DNA of 64,000 bases from Bacteroidota bacterium (GCA_947478005.1 CANJVG010000006.1:35-64034), one strand, 5' to 3'; counted from the stretch's first letter, positions 26,364-35,860 are shown. The notes: generated from the letters alone by a model not told the origin. Numbers and translations are program-made.

Positions 26364-26482
26364 GTTTAGTTTATTATTTGCGGACAAGTAGCGTGGTTTA
26401 ATGCATCATTTCATTAACCCGAGAAACATTAGCGGCAACCTTTTAGCCAGTACAAGCTTCAAACGACAGTGCAATAAAAACA

Positions 26483-26734
26483 ATGATTAGTTTAAACGGA
26501 TACGATTACAAGAATTGGCAAGACTACTTCAGGACAACATTTGAGACGACAAAAAAGTATAGCCGAGTTGAAGAAGGACTTCGTGGACAGACTATTATTG
26601 AAAAATATATTCCACTTGATGGGAGTGATAAAACAGAAATTAAAGTTGGCTATTTAGACGAGACGCTCATATATTGGAAATTTCAAAATCCTTTGACACA
26701 CCTGTTCTTCCAAGTCTTCCGGCTCTGCGGGTGA
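26483..26734 (+). CDS. Hypothetical small protein (island ORF 3) whose 3' end runs into a REP
   Basis: This is an 83-aa ORF. The last ~9 codons (FFQVFRLCG) are encoded by REP copy B, so the native C-terminus is probably lost. Confidence 0.35.
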   Translation: MISLNGYDYKNWQDYFRTTFETTKKYSRVEEGLRGQTIIEKYIPLDGSDKTEIKVGYLDETLIYWKFQNPLTHLFFQVFRLCG

Positions 26735-26773
26735 CTTGGAAGTTCCAATGGAAACAGGAAGTCTGTGACTTCC
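26707..26773 (+). repeat. REP copy B (downstream flank of RAYT)
   Basis: Hairpin 1 is CTTCCAAGTC...GACTTGGAAG. Hairpin 2 is GGAAGTC-tgt-GACTTCC. It ends 6 nt from the RAYT stop codon. Confidence 0.8.
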
Positions 26774-26779
26774 TGAGCG

Positions 26780-27343
26780 CTACGGATAATATACCTCATC
26801 TAAAATAGTTATAGGCAACAGTCCCTTTTCACCCGCATAATCCTTGGCACTGGAATAAACATATCGTTGAGCTGTATCTACTAATTTAGCTGTAACCGGG
26901 TTCTCGTGTATATATTCCACCTTTTGTTTCACAAACTTACTGCTCTCTAACGCTATTGGATGATTTTCCTGTTGCCAAAATTGATAGTTGGTATTGTTGC
27001 TGTTCTTTTTGCCAGCCGACTGAAATAACCAAAGCATCCAGTTGCGTCTGCTTTCTGTATTTAGCTTAATAGCTTCAATAATTTTGGAGGAGGTGAATTT
27101 TTTAAAGTCGCGCATAATATCGGAAAAGCTATCGGTGCCTTTTCTTGAAATAACCAAATGAATATGGTTGGGCATTATTACCCAGGCATGCAATACTAAT
27201 CCCTTCTTATCTATGCAATACTGCAAACTTTCAATTACAATGTCGCAGTAGATACTGCGGGTAAAAACATCTACCCATTCAACTACAGCACAGGTGGTAA
27301 AGTAAACGCCATCGGCATCATCAAATTTGTAAGCGAAGCCCAT
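26780..27343 (-). CDS. rayT: REP-associated tyrosine transposase (IS200/IS605 Y1 HUH superfamily)
   Basis: The 187-aa ORF has the HUH motif PNHIHLVISR and a C-terminal Tyr region RYVYSSAKDY. It is flanked by inverted REP hairpins. Confidence 0.8.
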   Translation of the reverse strand: MGFAYKFDDADGVYFTTCAVVEWVDVFTRSIYCDIVIESLQYCIDKKGLVLHAWVIMPNHIHLVISRKGTDSFSDIMRDFKKFTSSKIIEAIKLNTESRRNWMLWLFQSAGKKNSNNTNYQFWQQENHPIALESSKFVKQKVEYIHENPVTAKLVDTAQRYVYSSAKDYAGEKGLLPITILDEVYYP

Positions 27344-27395
27344 TAAACGAAGCTAAAAATAATTAGTGAAGGTGGTGTATATGTTTAACTGCTTT

Positions 27396-27462
27396 TGAAG
27401 TCGCAGACTTCAAAATTTCATTAAAACTTCCAAGTCACCCGCAGAGCCGGAAGACTTGGAAG
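27396..27462 (-). repeat. REP copy C (upstream flank of RAYT, inverted relative to B)
   Basis: The reverse complement carries CTTCCAAGTC-ttccggctctgcgggt-GACTTGGAAG and TGAAGTC-tgc-GACTTCA. Confidence 0.8.
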
Positions 27463-27474
27463 AACAAGTCATAA

Positions 27475-27495
27475 GCATTCAGTTTCTCTTTCTTA
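27475..27495 (+). repeat. Right copy of the 21-nt direct repeat GCATTCAGTTTCTCTTTCTTA
   Basis: See 26343-26363. Confidence 0.8.
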
Positions 27496-29943
27496 TTTCA
27501 ACTGCGCCTCTATAATCTTAGTTTCCCAGTCCTTCCATGTGTTGGCCTTAAAGATGTTCCTGGCCATTTCTGCATTGGTGGAGGTCTTCAACAAAGACTT
27601 TAGACACCTTGCTGCCGGATTTGCCAATCGACTGTTGGTATAGGTACAGGCGTTGAAAAGGTTTTTAATTATTTCTTCATTGCAATAGTCCAACCGTTCG
27701 ATGGCATCAAAAGCACGTCCCCGGGTTCTGAATTCAAAACGATTAGAACTGTAATCAGTTAATTGTTTTCTCGCTTCTTCTATACCGGTGGTGCCGTATT
27801 TGATTTTCATTTCCAGCCAGGCCATGCGCAGATTATTATTGATGCCGTAGAGGTTATCTGTTTCTGCCAGATAGGTTTCCGCTCTGTCAGGAAACTGCTT
27901 GCAAAGTTTGCGAAGAGCAGTTTCGCAGTTTATGTAGGAAGTGTCGTTTAGCAGGATTTGTACATCCGGCATTAACGATAAGGGGAAAGTATCAAGGTAG
28001 TCAATCACACTTCTGCGAACCATCATATCTTTGTCGTGTAAAGCAGTGCGTAGTAAATTAATAGAGGCCGGATTATTATCTTTAGAAAGCTGCAACACAA
28101 TTTCCGCCTGAAGGGTTTGGAAGTTATTCTTGGCAAAAGCAGCCAGCAGCAAATCACGCTTTCTTTCTACAGATGTATCGAGCAAAGCATGTAAGGCATC
28201 GTAGCGGTCAATGAAATGTTTTGCATTCAGCAATTGAGAGGACAGTTCTTCAAAACTCTTTTTGAATTCTACCGTTTTCAAAACAGAGGAACCGGGATCG
28301 AAGAGCACGTAATCAATTTCGGCACCGATTGTAGCGTTTAAGTAAACGGTATCAGCCGCGCGACTTACCCACTCTCTGGAACCGGAAAACGAACCATCTT
28401 TGAAATGCACTTCAAACACAACCGGCATTTTGAAGTAACCCGTCAGTTCATCGACTTTCTGTTTTTGATTTACAAAAAATGCAACGCGCTCCTTTTGTCT
28501 CTGGTAGCTAACTTCAAATTGGGGGAAACCTGCCCGTGAAATCCATTCATCAAAAAACCAATCGAGGTTTACCCCGGCAGTTTCCATAAAGGTCATTTTG
28601 AAATCGCTGGTAAGCACGTTTGCGTATGCATGCTTCCTAAGGTAATTTGTTACGCTACGTTTATAAACAGAATCGCCCACAACATAACGAATCATGTCAA
28701 TCACCGCACTGCCTTTGGGATAGTGACGATTGCTACCACCCATTGTGTGGGCGACAGGATACCGGTTAATTCTGTCAGCGTTCATCGCGTTGTTCTGTTC
28801 CATTCTCCGGTCCCATTCATAACGGTCTTCGCCAAGCACATGATGAACGAATTGTTTGGCATAATAGGTTGCAAAGCTCTCATGCAGCCAATGGTGCGTG
28901 CCGCTGTATTCGGTAATGTAATCGCCAAACCATTGGTGAGTCAACTCATGGGTATTGGTAGAAAGGTAGGGGCGCTCTAAAACAGTGCGCTTGTCGTTCA
29001 ACAGGAAGTCTCCATAAATTGTGGCCGTGGTGTTTTCCATAGCACCATACATAAAATCCTGCACAGGAACATTGCAATAGGTTTCCCACGGATAATGAAC
29101 CCCTGTTTGTTCGCTTAGCCAATCCATCATCTCAGCGCTGTATTGATAGGTTGGAACCACAGTTTCGGGATGGTCGGCATAATAGTATTGGCGGCTGACC
29201 ATTCCATTCTTACTCTTGTAATCTTTGTAAGCGTATTTATCAATGCCTATCATGATTAGATAGGGAACCATCGGTTTACTCATAGCGTAATGCCAGGTGG
29301 CGGTGCCATCGATATTTTTCTTTTTCTCTTTAAGCACACCATTCGAAACAACCGTGTAAGCAGAATCAAAAGTGATTGTCGTTTCGGTAATCATTTTATC
29401 ATTGACATCATCGTAACATGGAATCCAATGACGATTGTCAATGCCTTGTCCCTGTGTCCATATTTGTTTGCGCGTGAAGTAGCGGTCATTTGTGGTGTTC
29501 TTTGCGTCTACATTCCAACCAATGAAATACAAACCTTTTCTAGGTGTGGCTTCGTAGCTTATTTCCAGCTTGTATTGTTTGTTCCAATCTAAAGAAGGCA
29601 GAAAGCGAACAATTAAACCAAAACTATCAGTCGTGAATTTAGCTTCTTTCCCATCGAGCAAAACGGTTTTGATTTTAATATCCGGAGCATTCAGGAACAA
29701 AGTATCAACCACGTATTGAATCGGACGGAAATCATATTTCACATTGCCAATCACCTTACCTTCCTTTGTATCAAATCTCACATCCAGATTCATTTTGATG
29801 AAGTCCACATTGTGTTCGCGTATTCTTCCGTTGTCATCGCGCAGGTAACAGATAGAGGTGTCCTGAGCAAGAGAAGATTTAATACTAAAAATTGAAAATT
29901 GAAAGGCAAACAGGACTGAGAGAACTGAAAGTTGGATATTCAT
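27493..29943 (-). CDS. M1-family zinc metallopeptidase (aminopeptidase N-like) with C-terminal HEAT/ARM-like repeats
   Basis: The GAMEN motif (YGAMENTT), HELTHQW...18...E (HEXXH-E) and a signal peptide are present. Confidence 0.85.
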   Translation of the reverse strand: MNIQLSVLSVLFAFQFSIFSIKSSLAQDTSICYLRDDNGRIREHNVDFIKMNLDVRFDTKEGKVIGNVKYDFRPIQYVVDTLFLNAPDIKIKTVLLDGKEAKFTTDSFGLIVRFLPSLDWNKQYKLEISYEATPRKGLYFIGWNVDAKNTTNDRYFTRKQIWTQGQGIDNRHWIPCYDDVNDKMITETTITFDSAYTVVSNGVLKEKKKNIDGTATWHYAMSKPMVPYLIMIGIDKYAYKDYKSKNGMVSRQYYYADHPETVVPTYQYSAEMMDWLSEQTGVHYPWETYCNVPVQDFMYGAMENTTATIYGDFLLNDKRTVLERPYLSTNTHELTHQWFGDYITEYSGTHHWLHESFATYYAKQFVHHVLGEDRYEWDRRMEQNNAMNADRINRYPVAHTMGGSNRHYPKGSAVIDMIRYVVGDSVYKRSVTNYLRKHAYANVLTSDFKMTFMETAGVNLDWFFDEWISRAGFPQFEVSYQRQKERVAFFVNQKQKVDELTGYFKMPVVFEVHFKDGSFSGSREWVSRAADTVYLNATIGAEIDYVLFDPGSSVLKTVEFKKSFEELSSQLLNAKHFIDRYDALHALLDTSVERKRDLLLAAFAKNNFQTLQAEIVLQLSKDNNPASINLLRTALHDKDMMVRRSVIDYLDTFPLSLMPDVQILLNDTSYINCETALRKLCKQFPDRAETYLAETDNLYGINNNLRMAWLEMKIKYGTTGIEEARKQLTDYSSNRFEFRTRGRAFDAIERLDYCNEEIIKNLFNACTYTNSRLANPAARCLKSLLKTSTNAEMARNIFKANTWKDWETKIIEAQLK

Positions 29944-29951
29944 TGTAGTAT

Positions 29952-30500
29952 TTACTTTATCAATTTGCTGATTGCTTTGAATTCTTCAGTGCCTGCTTTG
30001 TCTAAAAGCATAAACAGAATCATTTCGGTGGACACAATAAAAGCACCTGCCTGGCGCATTCTTTCTAAAGCCAATTGTTTATTCTCGGGTGTTCGTGATG
30101 AAACAGCATCGGCCACAACGTGAACCTCATAACCCGCTTTCAACGCATCTAAAGTTGTTTTTAAGACACAGATATGCGATTCGGCTCCGCAAATAATCAG
30201 TGATTTTACGTTCGTTAATTTCAGTTGATCGCTTACTGGTTCACTAAGCAAACAACTGAAACAAACCTTCTCGATGATATTGGCATTCTCAGGCAGTAAG
30301 ACTTCCTTACAAGTGTTGCCCAATCCTTTTGGATATTGCTCGGTGATAATCGTTTCAAGGTTTAGTATCTCTGCTCCGCGCAATAGTTTGTTTACATTTT
30401 CAAACACCTGTTCCTTTCCATGTATAACAGGCATTAGTCTTTCCTGCACGTCAATTACTAATAAGGCGGTGGTTTCGCGTTGTGCAATACCCAGATTCAT
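29952..30500 (-). CDS. Isochorismatase-family cysteine hydrolase
   Basis: The motifs LLVIDVQE, IICGAESHICV and an Asp-Lys-Cys pattern are present. Confidence 0.75.
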   Translation of the reverse strand: MNLGIAQRETTALLVIDVQERLMPVIHGKEQVFENVNKLLRGAEILNLETIITEQYPKGLGNTCKEVLLPENANIIEKVCFSCLLSEPVSDQLKLTNVKSLIICGAESHICVLKTTLDALKAGYEVHVVADAVSSRTPENKQLALERMRQAGAFIVSTEMILFMLLDKAGTEEFKAISKLIK

Positions 30501-30521
30501 AATTTGTAGTTTAAGTTTAAG

Positions 30522-32252
30522 TTACATTGAAATAGAACCCTTTCTGAAATCTGTCTTCCCGATAATGGCATTAATAATATAAGGCGTTCCTTTGCGTGAA
30601 AGTGTTTTTGCTTCTATCACTGCTGCATTGAACTGGTCAAGGCTTTCTACCCGAACACCTTCCGCACCAAATGCTTTGCCTATGTTTTGATAATCACTGA
30701 ATGCAAGATTTATAGCGCAATCGCTTTGGAGAAATTCCACCTGGTCGCGCGCTATCTGGCTCCAGCAAGCATCGTTGCCAATAACAGAAATTACAGGAAG
30801 GTTGTGACGAACGAAAGTGTCGTATTCCATCAAACTGTAGCCCGCACTTCCATCTCCGTAAATAATCCATACATCTTTTTCAGGAAAAACGAGCTTAGCA
30901 CCCAACGCAAAACCTGCCCCTACTCCCAAAGTTCCAAACACACCAGGGTCGAGCCAGCTTAATGGTTTGCGGGGGCGAAGGGTGTAAGCTGAAGTGGCTA
31001 CAAAGTCCCCACCATCAGCAATAAGAATTGTATTTTCATCTAACTGAGGTTCTAGGTCGCGGAAGAGTTTAATTGGATTGATTCCGCGATTGACTTCCGC
31101 GTTGGCCTGCTCATTAATATTGGCCTCGCGTTTAGCATCACGTGCGCGAAGCGTTTCTAACCATGAACCATAATTGCCCTGATACTTTTGCGAAAGAGCG
31201 ATAATGAAATCCTGTGGGTCGGCATGAATAGCGAGAGTGGGAGTTTTGTTCTTAGTCAAATCCTCTTTGCTGCGATTGATGGAAATAAACTTTCTTCCTC
31301 CAATATGGTTTCCATAATCTAAACGAAAATCGTTTGGCACTCCGGCCAGAATAATCAAGTCAGATTCCTTGATGCAATCTTTTCGGTGATGGCGCATTTG
31401 CAAATCGTTCTCTTTACCCAACAGTCCTCTTCCCATTCCACTGAGGTAAACCGGAATGCCGAGTTTGCTTACTGCATTGGCCAACTCATTTGCTTTCTGT
31501 GGGTTCATCATCGCTCCGCTGCCAATTAGCATTACGGGCTTTGATGCCGCTTTAATCTTTGCAATAGCTTTGTCAACCTGAGAAGAAGAATGCTTTGGAT
31601 AGTTCGGCTTAACGAGTGGTGTATTAAAGTTTACACTTTCTTTTCCCGCAAACAGATTCTTTGCGTGGTTGTTGATATACCATTGCACCACACGCTCTTG
31701 TAAGTTCTTCGGTGGCTCTTCTTTGCTCTTGGCGCCATACCAACTGCGCACCAATTCTTCGCCATACAAAGTATCAATGGGACATTCTACATAAACCGGT
31801 CCGGGAACGCCTTCTTGTGCTATGGCAAATGCTTTTTCAAGGGTAGGAACAATCTCTTTCACCTTCGAAATAGTAGTGCTGTATTTGCACACCGCTTTCA
31901 TAATGGAGAGCTGGTCAATATCCTGCAAACTTCCTCTTCCCTTTAAGATAGTAGCTGCACCTCCTCCTAATAGAATCAAAGGCGATTGTGCCAGTGCGGC
32001 ATTCTTAACTGCGGTAATCGTATTGGTTAAGCCGGGGCCTGCCGTAACAACTGCTACACCGGGAATACCCGTTAAACGCGAAACAGCATCGGCAGCGAAT
32101 ACACTGTTTACTTCATGGCGGGTGTCAACGACTCTTATGCCGAGCTTTTGTGCTGAAACAAAAATGGGCGAAACGTGTCCGCCACAAAGAGTGAATAAAA
32201 ACTTCACGCCTTGTTTCTGTAATACTTTTGCAATGATTTCGCCTCCGTTCAT
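30522..32252 (-). CDS. Thiamine-diphosphate-dependent enzyme (acetolactate synthase / 2-hydroxyacyl-CoA lyase / oxalyl-CoA decarboxylase-like)
   Basis: The N-terminus is MNGGEIIAKVLQKQGVKFLFTLCGG and the TPP-binding motif GDGSAGYS...NN-like is present. The start is moved to the internal Met at 32252. Confidence 0.75.
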   Translation of the reverse strand: MNGGEIIAKVLQKQGVKFLFTLCGGHVSPIFVSAQKLGIRVVDTRHEVNSVFAADAVSRLTGIPGVAVVTAGPGLTNTITAVKNAALAQSPLILLGGGAATILKGRGSLQDIDQLSIMKAVCKYSTTISKVKEIVPTLEKAFAIAQEGVPGPVYVECPIDTLYGEELVRSWYGAKSKEEPPKNLQERVVQWYINNHAKNLFAGKESVNFNTPLVKPNYPKHSSSQVDKAIAKIKAASKPVMLIGSGAMMNPQKANELANAVSKLGIPVYLSGMGRGLLGKENDLQMRHHRKDCIKESDLIILAGVPNDFRLDYGNHIGGRKFISINRSKEDLTKNKTPTLAIHADPQDFIIALSQKYQGNYGSWLETLRARDAKREANINEQANAEVNRGINPIKLFRDLEPQLDENTILIADGGDFVATSAYTLRPRKPLSWLDPGVFGTLGVGAGFALGAKLVFPEKDVWIIYGDGSAGYSLMEYDTFVRHNLPVISVIGNDACWSQIARDQVEFLQSDCAINLAFSDYQNIGKAFGAEGVRVESLDQFNAAVIEAKTLSRKGTPYIINAIIGKTDFRKGSISM

Positions 32253-32428
32253 AGCTGTTATTTCTAGTGTGATAATATGGTGGTGAAAATAAGAAGCACC
32301 CTTAACTTTCAAAGAGGACTTTTGTTACCCATAAAGGACAGTGCCACTGTGGGTCGTTGATTGCTTCCATTCCATCCTTCTGCATTTTGCCTATCCTTGA
32401 TTTTTTAATTCACGTACAAATTAAAGAC

Positions 32429-34873
32429 ATGCAGGTTTTAAAATTCGGGGGAACATCGGTTGCGAATGCAGTGAACATAAGCAAAGCGGTAGCAATTATT
32501 CGGAAGGCGGTAGCGAAAGGAAAAACAACGGTAGTGGTTTCTGCTTTAGGCGGTACTACTGATGTGTTGATAGATGCCGGAAAGTTGGCTGCAGCGGGTA
32601 ACGAAACATATTTGGAGAAACTGAAAACGATTGAGAACCGACATATACAAACCATTCAGGAATTAATTCCTGTGTCGGCACACAGTGCCATTCTGAGTGC
32701 AATAAAGAAACAATTGAACGAACTGGAGTCGGTGTGTGAAGGTGTGTTTCTGCTTCGTGAATTGACTCCACGTTCCTTGGACAGGATTGTAAGCTTCGGA
32801 GAGTTGATGTCGAGTATGATTGTGTCTCATAAACTGACATGCGAAAAAATAGAGCACGTTTGGAAAGATTCAAGGGAGATTATTTTTACTGATTCGAACT
32901 ATACGCATGCGGCTGTTGACTTTGCAAAGACCGACAAAGCGATTCTTGATTTTACAAAACAGCATCCTTCCTCTATCTATCTTTTGCCCGGCTTTATATC
33001 ATCCGATGCCAACGGAGTAACAACCACGCTGGGTCGTGGCGGTTCTGATTATACGGCAGCTATTGTTGCCGCAGCATTGAAAGCAAGTGTTTTGGAAATA
33101 TGGACAGACGTAAGTGGTATGATGACTGCGGACCCTCGCCTTGTGAGCAACGCCAAAGTAATACCGCATATTTCTTATCAGGAAGCGATGGAGCTTTCGC
33201 ATTTTGGAGCTAAGGTTATTTATCCGCCAACTATTCAGCCGGTGATGGTGCTAGGCATACCGCTGTGGGTAAAGAACACGTTTGCACCTGATGATGAAGG
33301 AACACTTGTGGAGAATAAGAACGTAAGAAACTCAAACGTAGTCAGTGGCTTATCAAGTATCGGAAAGATTTCTATGCTGTTGCTGGAAGGCGGAGGAATG
33401 ATTGGTATTCCGGGTTTCTCCAAGCGATTATTCGGGGCATTAGCGAATGAAAAGATAAATGTGATTCTGATTACACAGAGTTCTTCAGAACATTCCATTT
33501 GTGTGGCTATTGATGAATTGAATGAAGCAAGGGCGAAGAAAGCGGTGGATACAGAATTTGAATTTGAAATCTCAACCGGCAGGTTAGAGCCGTTGAATAT
33601 TGAAAGTGGCTTAGCAATCGTAGCGCTGGTAGGCGAAAACATGCGCAATCATTCAGGTGTGAGCGGAAGAATGTTCGGTGCATTGGGAAAGAACGGGGTG
33701 AATATCCGGGCTATTGCGCAGGGTTCTTCAGAGAAAAACATCTCCGCAGTTATACAGGCAGGAGATATAAAGAAGGCTATCAACGTAATGCACGAGGAGT
33801 TTTTCGAAACTACTTTCAAACAAATCAATCTGTTTATTGCGGGTGCCGGTAATGTAGGCAAGCGTTTATTAGAACAACTGAAGACACAGCAGAATTATTT
33901 GCAACAACATCTTCGTTTGAATGTTCGGGTGGCAGCTATAGCCAATAGCAAACAGGTAGCTCTGAATGAAGAAGGTATTGACTTAACGAACTGGGAAACG
34001 GAATTAAAAAATGCCGCCCCAATGAACTTGAAAGAAATGGTTCAGTTTATTCATGAAAAGAATTTACGCAATTCTGTCTTTGTAGATGTAACGGCTAATG
34101 AAGAGGTTGCGAACAGCTATGTTTCCCTTTTAGAAAAAAGTATTTCGGTGGTGGCATGCAATAAAGTTGCAGCAGCTTCATCTTATAAAAACTACAGCAG
34201 CCTCAAAACAACTGCCCGCGAGCACAACACCTCCTTCCTTTTCGAAACGAATGTAGGCGCAGGCTTACCGGTTATTGGCACTCTTAATGATTTGATAAGC
34301 AGTGGCGATGAGGTGCAGAAGATGCAGGCGGTGCTATCGGGCACACTCAACTTTGTTTTCAATAATTATGATGGTACCAAAACCTTTGCCTCGGTAGTCA
34401 AGCAAGCGCAGGACGAAGGCTATACTGAGCCTGACCCTCGATTGGATTTAGGTGGAACTGATGTGATGCGTAAGATATTAATTCTTGCGCGCGAAGCAGG
34501 TTACAAGATGGAGATGGAGGAGATTTCGAACAGTATGTTTCTGCCTGCTTCGTGTATGAAAGGAACGGTGGCTGATTTCTACGTTGAATTGGAGAAACAG
34601 GAAGCGCATTTCAAGAAGCTGTATGAAGAAGCTGCAGCTAAGAACTGCAAACTAAAGTTTGTGGCCCAGCTGGAAGGCGGTAAAGCCTCTGTAGGTTTGC
34701 AGCATATCGATAAGGAACATGACTTTTATCATCTTTATGGAAAGGATAACGTGGTTTTATTCTACACTCGAAGATATTCACAACAACCCTTAGTTATTAA
34801 AGGGGCAGGAGCAGGAGCCGAGGTAACAGCTTCTGGTGTATTTGCCGATATTATTCGAGCCGCTAAAGGATAA
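32429..34873 (+). CDS. thrA: Bifunctional aspartate kinase / homoserine dehydrogenase I
   Basis: The N-terminus is MQVLKFGGTSVAN, followed by ACT domains and a C-terminal HSDH domain (GAGNVG...). The start is moved to 32429. Confidence 0.9.
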   Translation: MQVLKFGGTSVANAVNISKAVAIIRKAVAKGKTTVVVSALGGTTDVLIDAGKLAAAGNETYLEKLKTIENRHIQTIQELIPVSAHSAILSAIKKQLNELESVCEGVFLLRELTPRSLDRIVSFGELMSSMIVSHKLTCEKIEHVWKDSREIIFTDSNYTHAAVDFAKTDKAILDFTKQHPSSIYLLPGFISSDANGVTTTLGRGGSDYTAAIVAAALKASVLEIWTDVSGMMTADPRLVSNAKVIPHISYQEAMELSHFGAKVIYPPTIQPVMVLGIPLWVKNTFAPDDEGTLVENKNVRNSNVVSGLSSIGKISMLLLEGGGMIGIPGFSKRLFGALANEKINVILITQSSSEHSICVAIDELNEARAKKAVDTEFEFEISTGRLEPLNIESGLAIVALVGENMRNHSGVSGRMFGALGKNGVNIRAIAQGSSEKNISAVIQAGDIKKAINVMHEEFFETTFKQINLFIAGAGNVGKRLLEQLKTQQNYLQQHLRLNVRVAAIANSKQVALNEEGIDLTNWETELKNAAPMNLKEMVQFIHEKNLRNSVFVDVTANEEVANSYVSLLEKSISVVACNKVAAASSYKNYSSLKTTAREHNTSFLFETNVGAGLPVIGTLNDLISSGDEVQKMQAVLSGTLNFVFNNYDGTKTFASVVKQAQDEGYTEPDPRLDLGGTDVMRKILILAREAGYKMEMEEISNSMFLPASCMKGTVADFYVELEKQEAHFKKLYEEAAAKNCKLKFVAQLEGGKASVGLQHIDKEHDFYHLYGKDNVVLFYTRRYSQQPLVIKGAGAGAEVTASGVFADIIRAAKG

Positions 34874-34918
34874 GCTGTTTAGCATAAGGTCAGTCGTCAA
34901 TAAAATTACTTTTGCCCC

Positions 34919-35860
34919 ATGCTGCGTTATAAAGCCGATATAAGAACTCTGTTTTTTGTTACTCTATACTTTACGGTAGCGATTGCCCCGTGGTTTCTTT
35001 GGAACGATATGGAGACCTGGCAAATTGCAGGCTGGGTGGCACTCAACTGTTTTGTTTCATTCATCTGCGCTACCATCGTTCACAATACTATTCATGTGCC
35101 TATCTTCACCAAGCGCTGGATGAATAAGGTGTTCCAGGTGGTACTTTCATTTACTTACGGACATTCGACCAGCGCTTATGTGCCGGGGCATAATTTCAGC
35201 CATCACAAGTACACGCAAACGAAGAAAGATGCTATTCGCACCAGCAAGGCGCGTTTTAAACTCAACATTCTCAATCAGTTGTTTTTCTTCTTCATCATGA
35301 GTGGTGATATTTTGAAAGGCGAAATTCGGTTTGCCAGAAAAATGTATTACGAGCGCCCCGAATGGTTTAGACAATACTTATTTGAGATGATATTGGTGAT
35401 AGGTTCAAAGGTGATACTGGCCATTATTAATTGGAAATGCTTTTTGCTTTTTGTGGCTATTCCGCATCAATATGCTGCCTGGGGTATTGTGGGCACTAAC
35501 TATTTTCAACACGATGGCTGCGATGAGGAACACCCCTATAACCACAGCCGCAATTTTACAGGCAAGGCGCTTAACTGGTTTTTGTTTAACAATGGCTACC
35601 ATGGTGCCCACCACATGAAACCGAACCTTCATTGGAGTTTGTATCCCGAATATCACGCCAAAAATCTGAGGCCTTTTATTCATCCGGAACTGGACAAGGA
35701 GTCTTTGCTGGCCTATCTTATAAGCGCACACATTTACCCCGCTAAGCGATTGGACTACCTCGGCAATGCCGTTGTGCTACCTCCGGTGGAAGCTGATGAA
35801 GATTGGGTGGGATCGGTTAAGGTGCAGGATCATGTTACTGATATGGCTGGTTCTTACTAA
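34919..35860 (+). CDS. Membrane fatty-acid desaturase family protein
   Basis: It has three His boxes (HNTIH, HNFSHH, HGAHH) and TM segments. Confidence 0.8.
   Translation: MLRYKADIRTLFFVTLYFTVAIAPWFLWNDMETWQIAGWVALNCFVSFICATIVHNTIHVPIFTKRWMNKVFQVVLSFTYGHSTSAYVPGHNFSHHKYTQTKKDAIRTSKARFKLNILNQLFFFFIMSGDILKGEIRFARKMYYERPEWFRQYLFEMILVIGSKVILAIINWKCFLLFVAIPHQYAAWGIVGTNYFQHDGCDEEHPYNHSRNFTGKALNWFLFNNGYHGAHHMKPNLHWSLYPEYHAKNLRPFIHPELDKESLLAYLISAHIYPAKRLDYLGNAVVLPPVEADEDWVGSVKVQDHVTDMAGSY

Larger units (their letters stand above)
26707..27462 (-). mobile_element. REPtron-like unit: RAYT gene bracketed by inverted REPs
   Basis: REP B (+) and REP C (inverted) flank the Y1 transposase-like ORF. Confidence 0.75.
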
